A stretch of DNA of 64,000 bases, taken from positions 9,610,001 through 9,674,000 of the forward strand of contig OX597821.1 of assembly GCA_951406725.2 (NCBI GenBank), read 5' to 3'. The notes beneath the pieces are model-generated. The model was not told the DNA's origin. It saw only the letters and a program-made list of their open reading frames with translations, and did no database searches. Every line of letters starts with the position of its first letter. Within the stretch, counting starts at the first letter, position 1. The translations under genes were made by a program, and so were the position numbers. This DNA comes from Octopus vulgaris (taxonomy: Eukaryota). Shown piece after piece: positions 50,962 through 64,000 of this stretch.

Positions 50962-51290
50962 CAGGGGTTGGACAAAATAATGGAAACTCCTTAAAATTTC
51001 AAACAAATTTATTTTAATAGTGGGTAGGGCCGCTTTGGGCAGTAATTACAGCTTAAATTCTACAAGGTATGGAATCATATACAGATTTAATTGTTTTTAA
51101 AGGAATTTTTGTCCATTCTTCAGCTAAAATAGTCTCCAGTTCTTGTAGTGATGATCGTGGAGGATATCGACTCCTTGCTTGTTTTTTTCTAAAATATACC
51201 ATAAATGTTCATTAATATTGAGACCTGGGGATTGCGGTGGCCAGATAAGATTTTCAACTTCACACGAATGTTCCTCTTGCCATTCCATAA
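50962..51290 (-). mobile_element. Tc1-family transposon 3' fragment with right TIR
   Basis: Minus strand WPPQSPGLNINEHLW...LQELETILAEEWTKIP...SIPCRI.AVI; TIR CAGGGGTTGGACAAAATAATGGAAAC. Confidence 0.8.
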
Positions 51291-54200
51291 TAAATGATGA
51301 ACAACCTTAATCGATCTTCGATCCTTATTGGGTTCACATCAGAAATGTCCACTACCTTCTGACAGTCTCCAGAGAAAGAAGCAAACTGTTTATATACTCA
51401 GGAAATGCAGCATTCCTCTATGGAGTCCCTAATTTGCATACCGAATGTATTTAACACTCTATAAATACCATAAAATACCATATATGCGCGTGTGTGTGTG
51501 TGTGTGTGTGTGTGTGAGAAAGAGAGAGAGAGAGCATGGATGTGTACACGTGTGTCTTTTCTTATGTCTCTGTGTCTCTTTGCATGTGACGTAAATACAG
51601 ATTAAATTTTCCCTCAACTCTAAAAATATCAGCATATCACTTGCTACTGTGACATTATCTTTATCATTACTATTAGTGTTTTAATGGCAGAGATTTTTTA
51701 TTGCTAGTGTTTTATTGTTTTTTTTTAAAACCCTACCGTACCTGTTTACTCAGTAATGTCATCTTCCGGATGTCGTCTGATGGCTTTCACTCTTTTATTG
51801 TTAACTGTACAAAAATTTACTGTTCTGTAGCCATTAGAGTCATTTCTGGTTAGTAAAGTTCTTATAGATATTATACAGTGAAAATGTTGACTACACACCT
51901 ACATGCTGACAATAACTTGTAACTGTCAAAAAAAAAAAAGAAGAAAAAAACCTGATTGATTTGGTGGTATTTTAAGTAACTTCCCCACCAGCTTCTGCTG
52001 TGATAAACATGAACTTACTCGTCTGAACATTTATTTTTACGGGAATATATTTTCACAATACTTTCTGGATATTATTCCCAATTCATCAGCGTTTTTCTGT
52101 GAGAGGCACTTAGCGCTTAAAGTACGTAATACTCTCCACTGCATTTCTTCATATATGACTGAAACTAAAATGTCATTGTTATTGCTCATTTTCTTCCAAA
52201 TTATAAATAATAACAAATTTAAAAATGACATTTCTAAATCTGAAAATGAAAGTACCGTTCTTTGACAATTATAGAAAAGAATATTAATTTCTACGGGAAA
52301 AACTCCAAAAGGCAGAAACTTTTATACTGAACATACACATTTTAAAACGTTTCATTTGATAATGGAAAATGTGTGTTGTGTTTAATTCATTATCACTTAC
52401 ATTTACATAGAAATTTATTCAAGTGGAAATGATTTTATAAGAATTGAATGAAGTTGCAACGGTATTAAACGCCGGGATTGCATGTTAAGCCATTCATCTA
52501 ATTTAATGCCGGACGAGTTTCCAATTATACTGAAATTAAAGTAAACTTACCAAGCATGTCCCTCATTGTGTACTAGAGTAGAAATTTCAGTTAAATATAG
52601 TAATGGAATCTATCATTGTCTATTATCCTTTACTTGTATTATTAATGAGTAATATGAGCAAATTTATTCATGCAGATATCATTACATATTTATGAGCATA
52701 TATAATGAATTGAATATAATGCATGTGATTTATTTGCGGATGTGTTTCAATTGACTTATATGCAATTATTCTTTAAAATTAGAGATATCAAAAATTAATT
52801 TTCCTTTGAGTAAGGCAATATGAAAAGATTGTTAAGATAGCAGGGAACATTGATTAATTTCCACTGCTTTGAGAAATAGATCACCCGTCATAATCGTTGG
52901 CAATGTATGTTCCAACAACTAAACTACTAACCACATCTATTTTAGCATAAACCAGAGAACATTCTAGAAAGATAGAAAGAGCATTTGAAACAGATATGGC
53001 GTAAAAGTGTAAAAGAGTGGTAAATTTTATCACCATTACAGTCCATGTTGCGAGTTTACACAATTTTCTGTTACCCGATTTACACAAACATATGTTTACT
53101 TGAGGTTATGGTAACAGAAATACTTCATAATTTAGAAATATAGGTTTCATAATATATCTAATAAGATCGCTTTCAACCTCAATATATCTAATATATCTAA
53201 TATTAGATCACTTTCAACATCAATCGCTGTCGGATTTCTTTAATTTTTTTCAGATATACTATGTGTTTTACATCCCACCAATTAGTGCTTTAGATTCTGG
53301 GCAGTCCTTATTGTTGTAGTGACACAAAAACAAATACAAAAGATTACAACAATAGTACCAACAACAACAGCAAAATAAGGTCGATATTTTTGATATTGAT
53401 AAAATAACCAATAAATCTATTTTAGTGATAGTGGTAAAAAAACAAGATTAAATAAAGTTTGAGATAGCTTGGAATGAACAAAGTGTGCCAATGGGGTAAA
53501 ATAAAATAAATAATCTTACATGAGATTCTGCTTCCTATCACACATCTCTTCTGATTTTTTTATGCTATCATTTTTTCGGCCCTAAACAGTATTTTGAATT
53601 TTTTTTAATTACCATTATGCATTCTGACCTTTTGAGTTAAAGTGTGTATTACATTCCCCACTAGTTGACTACGGCCCTCATTTCTTTCGTTTATTTTATA
53701 TGTATTTTCGTTTACTTACTTTTGCATTTTGAACATACATATCACACGTCATACGCTTACATATTTTCTAACCTAGATATACATCAATACTCATAGATAT
53801 TTGTATTCTATTGCTAAGCATTGGTCAATCTTCCCTTACTTAATAGTCTATTTAATAAATCCGCTACTAAAATTATACCATTTTAAATTAGCTACACTTT
53901 CTAGCAAAAAAACATATTCCGTGAGATTTCAGACTTTTGCGTTCATTTCAATTCATATGAATACGGCAATTCTGATTTGCTCTATATATATTAATCCACT
54001 TTTTCTTTACATTACATTTTGATATATTTCTTTCCACTTTCTCGTTATGCAAGTTCCATAGAAATGTTTATGTTGAATACTTTGTAGCCTCTTCTGATTA
54101 ATGTCGCCACATTGTTGCTGTTATAAATGTTATATTATATTAATCGTCCCCCCAAAATGTTAAAATCATTTTCTCCGAATATACTAACTTGTTATAACCA

Positions 54201-54499
54201 GTACACATCATATTACAAATTCTGTTTTGAAAGAACAATTTAACCACCTTCCTGAAAATTTTATATAAGTTTCCTAGATTTTGGAGATAAATGCATTTGC
54301 TTAAGTTTCCTGGGTTTTTCATATTATTGCAATTACTGTGGGATTATAATTGACAAACATATTTTTATAATTATTTTCACATTTAATGAAATAACAAAGC
54401 TAACTCGTTAGTACTAGACATCAGTTTATTTGAATATAATCGACTTATACAAATTATTCCCTACAACGTATACCAATTTTCATAATAATTTTCATACAG

Positions 54500-54843
54500 T
54501 TACTAAAAGTAATGATGCTAATACATTATTATGGGTCACAGACATGAGACTAGTATATATGCAACGACCTGAGGAAACTTGGAGAAATCCGGCAGCGGTT
54601 GACCGCATTCCAGCCAAGGTAATATCAGCACACAGCTATCGCGGCAAAATATTTTTTGGTAGTTATTCTAATATAATGATATATAAATGTAAGCTCAGTA
54701 AGTAAAAGCTGATGTTCGGTGCACAATAAAATGTTGTGATTTACTATTAAAGTATGATATTTTCTAGCTTCGTGGTATATTATTCTATTTATCCGATACA
54801 ATACTGAAGTTCGAAACCATGGAAAATACTCTTCAGCATCATG
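54500..54843 (+). CDS. Two candidate coding exons (54500-54618, 54768-54843) of an unidentified gene or pseudogene
   Basis: tttcatacag|...AAG|gtaata and ttttctag|...G|gtatgt are open and phase-compatible, giving TKSNDANTLLWVTDMRLVYMQRPEETWRNPAAVDRIPAK-LRGILFYLSDTILKFETMENTLQHH. No homolog recognised. Confidence 0.4.
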
Positions 54844-55211
54844 GTATGTTGAAACCAATAACGGTAGAAGAGCTTTGAAATATTCGTCATGAGATTTTAA
54901 CCCAGATTACACATATAGCTGCTATTATGTTCAACTGTCGTATATCCACATTTGCACAAATACGGTGTTTTCCAATATTTAATTTTTGCTTCTAGTAGCT
55001 GGTTCTTTTGGTCAAACTATTGTATCTCCAGTAACTTCATATGCCGAGATATCAAAAGTGTCGAACAAAAGTTTTGCTAAGGAATAGTGAAACTAATTTT
55101 TCGTTTTCTGAAAAAGCAACGATTTGGATTTATGATACTTTTGCATATCATCAGGGATACACACACATGTGTGCACATATACATACGTGCATATATATAC
55201 ATATATACATA

Positions 55212-55268
<57 letters not shown>

Positions 55269-56113
55269 TATGTGTACATATGTATATGTATACATGTATG
55301 TGTGTTTGTATTATATACACAAGCACACACACACACACATACTTATGTATATATTTGTTTTGTGACTTTCCGACATTTTCCTTGCAAGTCGTTGTACAGG
55401 ACAGTTTCGAAAACCGATCTGTACGTGAAATAATAATATTTTTTCCTGCTAATACTTTCAAAATATTAACTTTATTTATCACCTAACAATTCAAAATTGA
55501 GTGCTAGGTTTTAGATTCAGGAAATGTAGAATGACTGACCCAAAGGAATTTACCCAATGTTTTACTGGTTCTGCGAATCGACAGCTTTAGGAAAATATAT
55601 TATGTGGTGTGATTTCTATGGCATATCAAAGTATAACTATATTTTCTTCATTATAAATAACGTTTTTATATCTTTGTATCCAGGATATACTGTTACTTGA
55701 AATGCACTTCACAATTATTTCAGTTCTCCTTCCAGGCAAGTACCTTTTAAGGGCAATTTGTAAGAATCTCTACGATTACCCACGAAATATTACGAGACGC
55801 AAATTCATGCCGAAAGAAACTGCTCGTCTTATGTTACAGAACTTTATTTTATTTTATATAATTTTCATCTCTCATAGCGGGCCCGCTGCTAAGTCTGCCT
55901 CCTGTGTTTCGTTGATCACATCGAATGCAGTGCATATTATAAATCAAGTTCTTATTTGATACGAAAATTTTTGTTGAACGTCTAATTAGAGACATACATA
56001 AATGAATGTTGGTCAACGAGCAGTTTGAAATATACTCACACTGCACAAAGCGGCTAAGAGGCATGCGATAACACGCTCGCACGCATTTGTTTGTACGTAT
56101 CTATCTATAAATA

Positions 56114-56160
<47 letters not shown>

Positions 56161-56899
56161 ATCTATATATATATCTATCTGTCTCTCACCCCGTCTCTCT
56201 CTCTCTCTATATATATATATATACAGAGAAAGAGAGAGAGAGAGAGCGAGAGAGAGAGTGGTACGCACACATACACACATACACAAATACACACACACAT
56301 ACATACCTAATACATACATACAAACACGCCAACTTTTTGTGCACTATCCATTATTTTCCCTTGGTCTCGTTAACGTATAGCTTTAGACATTTACTGATAT
56401 TGTTGCTCTTTAGGCATGAAGTGTAAATATATGACTGAAATGTGAACATTTTATATGGAGATTTGTGCCTTCGCTTATACCGTAAATAAAAGCGTTAATA
56501 TTTAAAACTAGGGAGATGAAAACAAATGTAATTAAGCCAGCGACATTCTCATTTGTAATATATTTACTCAGGTATGTAATACTTCTCTCTATATCAATCT
56601 GAAAGATACCGGTTAAAATATACTTAAGTTACGTACTACTCACTAAATTTTCTGTGAAATATAAGACCATAAATGTGGTTGGTTGTCTTATTCTGTGGAA
56701 CTATTTTTCTTCTTTTGGCTCACTCTCTGCTATATATTATTTCGATGATTGGCAGTTCCGAAATTAAAGAAGATTGCCACGTGTTTGAGAGATTTTACAG
56801 AGACTTACGTGCGAGCGTACATTCATACATATATTCTGTACACATTAACTGATATGGCTTTCATACATAATTCAAAGCGTATAATTGTATAGGAAAAAC

Positions 56900-56956
<57 letters not shown>

Positions 56957-58857
56957 GACACACCCAAACACATGTGTGTGTGTGAGTACACTCACATGCA
57001 CGTATACTAAACAGTTGGGCATTAATGATATTTTTTTAAACAACAGAGGAAACTTAACCTGATTCAGTTTAGTTCAACATCTTTATATTATAACTGAACA
57101 TTCTGGGATGATAGATGTGCGCTCGTGAAATAAATATATGGGGAGTGGATTAAAACCAGGTTACTTTTCTGTCAGAATTTGAAAGTTTACCGTATCCTAG
57201 CCAAACGCACAACGGTGTTAAGCAGTAAACAAACCAGCTCTATCATCTCCCATCAACTAAATCTTTTTTAATTGCACTGTCAGCAGCTGCTAGTTTATAC
57301 ACTCAGACATATACAAAGTCATCCATACACACACAAACAACTGCACATACACCCTCTATAAATGCAGAGAAAGTGTTTCAGAGAGAGTGAGACTGAGAAA
57401 GAGAGAAAGAGAGAAGGGAGTGTATGCAGAGATCAGCGTTTCAGCAATTCGTTGCGCACACATAACGTTGTGTGTTCATTTCCACGGTGTCGGCTTACGA
57501 GTGGATCACCATAATAGATATTGTTGAAATGGCAAGCAGGGTTTCCGTGCATAGACCATTTGTATGGATTCCGAGTGTAATTGAAATGTCCAGCGAACAA
57601 CTTGTGTCACTCTAATTCTCAGTAAAAATCATGTTATGTCAAAATCTTTTAGTGCAATACGCGGTATAATTTTCGCTAATACAATAAGTAAACCATTCAA
57701 GTGAATGAACAGCAGCGCATTAAAACATCATACACGAGGTATGCTAGTGCCCATTTAAGTGTCTCTGTAAGTATTCGTCCGCATAAGTACCTTTGTTTGT
57801 GTGTCTGTGTCTGTAAGTACTTGCACAGGCATATTTCTATGTTTGCGTGTGTACGTGTGTCTATGATATTATCTCTTCGAGAATGATGTCTGAACAAAGG
57901 ATTTCTAGAAGGACCTATTTACCTTTGATATAGCTTTTCATGCATTATATCTCATGCAATCTTTCTTTCACATCACTCCCGTAATGAAAAACACTGATAA
58001 GAACATAACGAGCAGAATACGCAATACTCATGGGCCTTCCATAGAGGACGCTGGTGGACAAACAACTGGGAAAAATGTAAACGTTCCATTCCAACGTATA
58101 TGGCAACTTCTGTTCTCTAAGGAATGTGTAGAATAGGCAGATAGATCCAGTTTACACTTGCAGTTATGACTGACAGCTCAGTTATGAGGGACAGAACTGC
58201 ATTTTAGAGGTATTCCAAATACCTCGTATCTTAAATAGTTCTTGATAGAAAACAAAATATTGAAATATCTTCCAAGATGCAACACATCCCATTTCGCAAA
58301 GATAAACACTTGCACGACACATTATGCATTTAAATATTAGCAGTTGAAGCTGTTGCACAAGCAGCATGCAAAATACTTGGATGGCAAAAGGACAGTCAAC
58401 GAAGAGCGCAAGATTCATACTTGCTACAGACTTTTTTATACGTATGCAATTTTCTGAGTGAGTGTGTTTATCTGTTTTTATGTAAGTACGTACATGTCTT
58501 TGTGCGTGTGAGTATGTATGTGTGTGTGTGTGTGTGTATGAGTGTTTGTTTGTGTGTGCATGTGTATAAGTATATATGCACGCCTCACAGTCACAGTTGA
58601 AATTTTGAAATCATGTGGTTTTTGTCAAACTTTCGTTTATATTACGCAGGATAATTTAGCATGTAACTTGTCACGAAGCCCCAGCGCACGAATGGCGATG
58701 ACGGCTGATTTGTCGAAGGGCGGAACATGCAAAACGTCAGAACGATTACATAGTCACCAATTTACCTAGTAAGTAGAAATGTTGTAGGGGGCATAACTAG
58801 ACGCACTAGTAAACACATACAGAAGCATATGTGTGCATGTATATGTGTGTGTGTGTG

Positions 58858-58905
<48 letters not shown>

Positions 58906-58974
58906 TCTATCTATCTATCTATCTATCTATCTATATATATATATTGCTTTTCAGTATGTGACCTCGTGAAGACC

Positions 58975-59155
58975 ACTTGCAATTTTTTTTCCTCTGTCCT
59001 CCCACCTCGGGATCTTTCTTTCTCCTATGTTTCCGACGAAGAGCTCCTCTCGAAACGTCATACCCTCCTTCTTCCCTTCTTTCCTGAGCGCCCAATAATA
59101 CTTGATTTGTTCCACATCCTCGCGTTGTTGTCTTTTTGTTTTCTTGTTTGGATTA

Positions 59156-59160
<5 letters not shown>
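58975..59160 (+). mobile_element. (TA)n-flanked Penelope-type terminal repeat with a degenerate hammerhead-like motif (59033-59059)
   Basis: CCGACGA-A-GAG(CTCCT)CTC-GAAAC-GTC; the core deviates from CUGANGA. Confidence 0.4.
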
Positions 59161-59194
<34 letters not shown>

Positions 59195-59199
59195 CAGTA

Positions 59200-60133
59200 G
59201 GTTGTGAGAGGTAAACGTGTCACATTTGGCCATTCACATTTGTTAACCATTAGTTTCGCGGTTGATTTGTGAAGCTTCGCATTTGTTAGAAGTATCATTA
59301 GTGATTTATGTTGCTTTTGGCATTTGATGAATGTATGTGCTTTCAGGATGTTGTTCATTGCTGGGTCTCTAGTTAGGAAAAGAAGATTTTGCACAATAGT
59401 GTTTTATGCCTCATTGTTTCAAGGGTCGTGAGTTGGTATATAGAGTAGTGTTTTGAGATGTGGTGTAGTGTTATGTTTTGTTGTATTTAGCGTTTTCATG
59501 TCTAATTTATTGTCATCCTTAACCCCGCCGTATATAAGTGAGAGTGGATATTGTCTTTCAGTTAGTGTTGTTCTGAAGTCTTGAAGACAAAGGTCTCGAG
59601 TAGTTCTATCAGACTATTATGCAAATCGTTTTGCCAAATTAATGAGGTTATTTATTGATGTGTTTCGGGTAGCATGAGTTAAAAAGGAGATTTTTTCTTC
59701 GAGTCTGTTGGTTTATGATAAATGTCAGTTATAATTTGGTTGTTGAATTTTTTTATCATAACATCCAAAAATGGGAACTGGTCTTTGCTATATTCTATTT
59801 TGAAGTGAATATTACTGTTTATATAATTTAGTTTTGTTTTGAATTCCGAAAATTCCGAAAATCCCCTTCCAAATGATAAGACAGTCATCCAGATATCTTT
59901 TCTTGTTTTCCCTTATGTAATGGTGAAATGGGTAACCATATTTTTTCAGTGACACTTCATATATGGTGAATTCAAAGTAACTCATTATCATGTTCGCAAG
60001 AATATGGGATGCTTTCCTTCCCTCGCAATTCTGCATTTTTGACGATAGTAGGTGTCATCAAAAATGAAACAATTGTTCTGAAGTATACATTATAAGGATT
60101 GACTAATAAAGAGGTGATTTATGCGTTCCGGAA
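59200..60133 (-). mobile_element. Penelope-like element RT core and C-terminal fragment
   Basis: ILQNNCFIFDDTYYRQ; ANMIMSYFE...KRYLDDCLIIW (YxDD); LNYINSNIHFKIEYS...PFLDV...TDIYHKPTDSK. Confidence 0.85.
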
Positions 60134-61990
<1,857 letters not shown>

Positions 61991-62342
61991 TCCAAGCTCA
62001 TTAAAACTATATCCAAATCCGTTCATAACTTAAAGGGTTGTCCGGTTCGGCCAAATCCTGTTTGAACCTATTTCCTACGGAACCAGCAGTGTATTAACGT
62101 AAGATGGTAATTTACGAGAAGCTGGCGGGTCACAGAAAGAAACGGATGTCATATTCGTGATCTACACATAAAATACAGCGAGAAAATGTTATTCTCATTT
62201 CCTCTTATTTTTATTGTTATACAATGTTATCAGGAGTGTTCTAAGCACCTGAAAGTCTACGGAAAAGTGGATACTTAAGGTTACATGTAAACCGCTGCCC
62301 TCATAAATCCTAGCAGGAATATGACCGAATCTCAGTCAAACA

Positions 62343-62420
<78 letters not shown>

Positions 62421-62479
62421 AAGAAGAAGAAGAAGAAGAAGAATAACAACAACAATCTCATTTGTGAGTGAAAATGCCA

Positions 62480-64000
62480 AATAAAATATATGACAATAAC
62501 GGTATGAATGTGATTGGAAGAAATTTTCAAGGTGTGGCAGCCGGTAGGTACCCCAGTGTGCAGCAGGTTGTGCCCGGTGGTAATCCAGCAACAGCCTGCT
62601 TCAAGGCATATGTGGAGTAAACAACTAAACATGATGGTTATGGAGTGTTACTAACCGAGAAGTCCAGTGAATGCGAATTGCGTGACTGTCAGAGTGTACA
62701 GAAAACGAATGCACAGTGAATGGAAGTAATGGAACTGTTCGAACTTACTGAACAGAGATTATATGACCAAGCAAGAGCAATAACGAAAGAATTAGTGGTT
62801 AACAGAATTGGAGCTTGAAGCTATTAAAGAAAGGATATCGGGTGAGTTTAGTCATGCGAGAAATCAAAGTGTTATAGAGGAAGATATATACAATTGTTCT
62901 CAAGAATATAATACCGTGAATTGTGAAAGAATTGAGATCAGTGATTAATAATAGAGATCGATTAATAATAGACAGAAGGGACAGAATTTATGTGCGACTT
63001 TATGAAGGTTAACCAGTGGAGACTAAAGGATGAGTAAAGCCAATATTGTACTGAGACACATTGAAACAAAGAACCACACACAAACAAATAATCTGATCAA
63101 GGCCGCTAGTAGGATTGTGGTGGAAAGGAGGGAAAGGATTGAGAAATATTTAGAATAGTACAGCAACGATTAGAATAGGAAATAAATAATCGTGATGAAA
63201 AGGAGAATTTCTGAAGATATAAAATTCCTTGAAGAGTGTAGTGTCAATACCGGTCTGGAGAAGAAGTGGAGAACTTAAGAATGAAAGGAAATCCGAAAAA
63301 GTTAGGAAGAAGTACCGTGTAGATGCAAAAGAGGTGAATCTTGCAATTGAACTGAAGCAGCACATACATGCAAAAAAGACAAAAAAAAAAGAAGCTAACT
63401 AGGGATGAACAATACCAGCAAAACAAATTGTTTGGAACCGACAAAAAAATAAATCTTTCAAGGGATTAATGACGATGAAAAACATGAAAGACTAGACACT
63501 TATGCTGAAGTCAACTTTTTGCGAGTAAGAATTGAAGTAAGCAAGAATAACGTAATACTACCGCCGAATGGCTCTCCAGCCTGAAGCACACAGCTTCTTA
63601 TTTCCAGCAAGAATCTATCCACTTCACAGAAGACAGTAAACAGATAAGCAAATAGTAGGCAGCAGGACCTGATGGTGTACAGGGATTTTGGATTAAAATG
63701 TTCAGTAGGAGCCATAAGTTGATCGGAGAAACATTTAATGTATTGATCAAGGGATGAGATGAAATCTCGAGCTGGTTGACTAAAGGACGAACGGTGTTGT
63801 GCTTGAAGGATGAGTCAAATGGAAATGTTGCTGACAATTACAGACTAATTTCCTGCCTCCTGTTAATGAGGATGTTACTGTCAGGAGGAATTGCATAAGA
63901 ATTGTACAAATTTCTTGATGAGAACGATACCTTACTGCCGGAAGAAAATGGAGGTGCAGAGGTACCAAAGGTCAACAATTGATAGAGGAAATGGTAATGC
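62480..64000 (+). mobile_element. Degraded R4/Dong-like LINE, 5' half to RT domain 2, next to (AAT)n(AAG)n; runs off the right edge
   Basis: LTEQRLYDQARAI...TELELEAIK; EQYQQNKLF; GPDGVQGFWIKMF; [13 protein letters not shown]...NYR; microsatellite at 62343-62455 immediately upstream. Confidence 0.75.

Overview
AT-rich eukaryotic genomic DNA, dense in (TA)n and (CA)n microsatellites. The tRNA-derived and Nin-type SINE families suggest a cephalopod such as Octopus (inference). Bases 1-17693 are a head-to-tail tandem array of at least 11 units of about 1.67 kb; the first unit is cut by the window edge. Each unit carries one intronless ORF (442 aa in the major type) resembling non-LTR retrotransposon ORF1p/Gag of the Tx1/L1 or ZCCHC3-like kind: an RRM-like region, one CX2CX4HX4C zinc knuckle, an acidic/basic/Pro linker and a distinct C-terminal domain of about 90 aa. 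No reverse transcriptase or endonuclease ORF is present in the array. Units have covarying stem-loops in both UTRs and an AATAAA at the 3' end. They include a divergent subfamily and a chimeric unit, and the array ends directly on a much older relic of the same protein family. Between near-identical units the protein core changes mostly synonymously, while the C-terminal domain changes only non-synonymously. The remaining 46 kb is repeat-rich: Penelope-like elements (RT and GIY-YIG relics, hammerhead-bearing palindromic termini), R4/Dong-like LINE relics, mariner/Tc1 relics, SINEs, microsatellites and a few candidate exons of unidentified genes. All calls were made by eye, without database searches.
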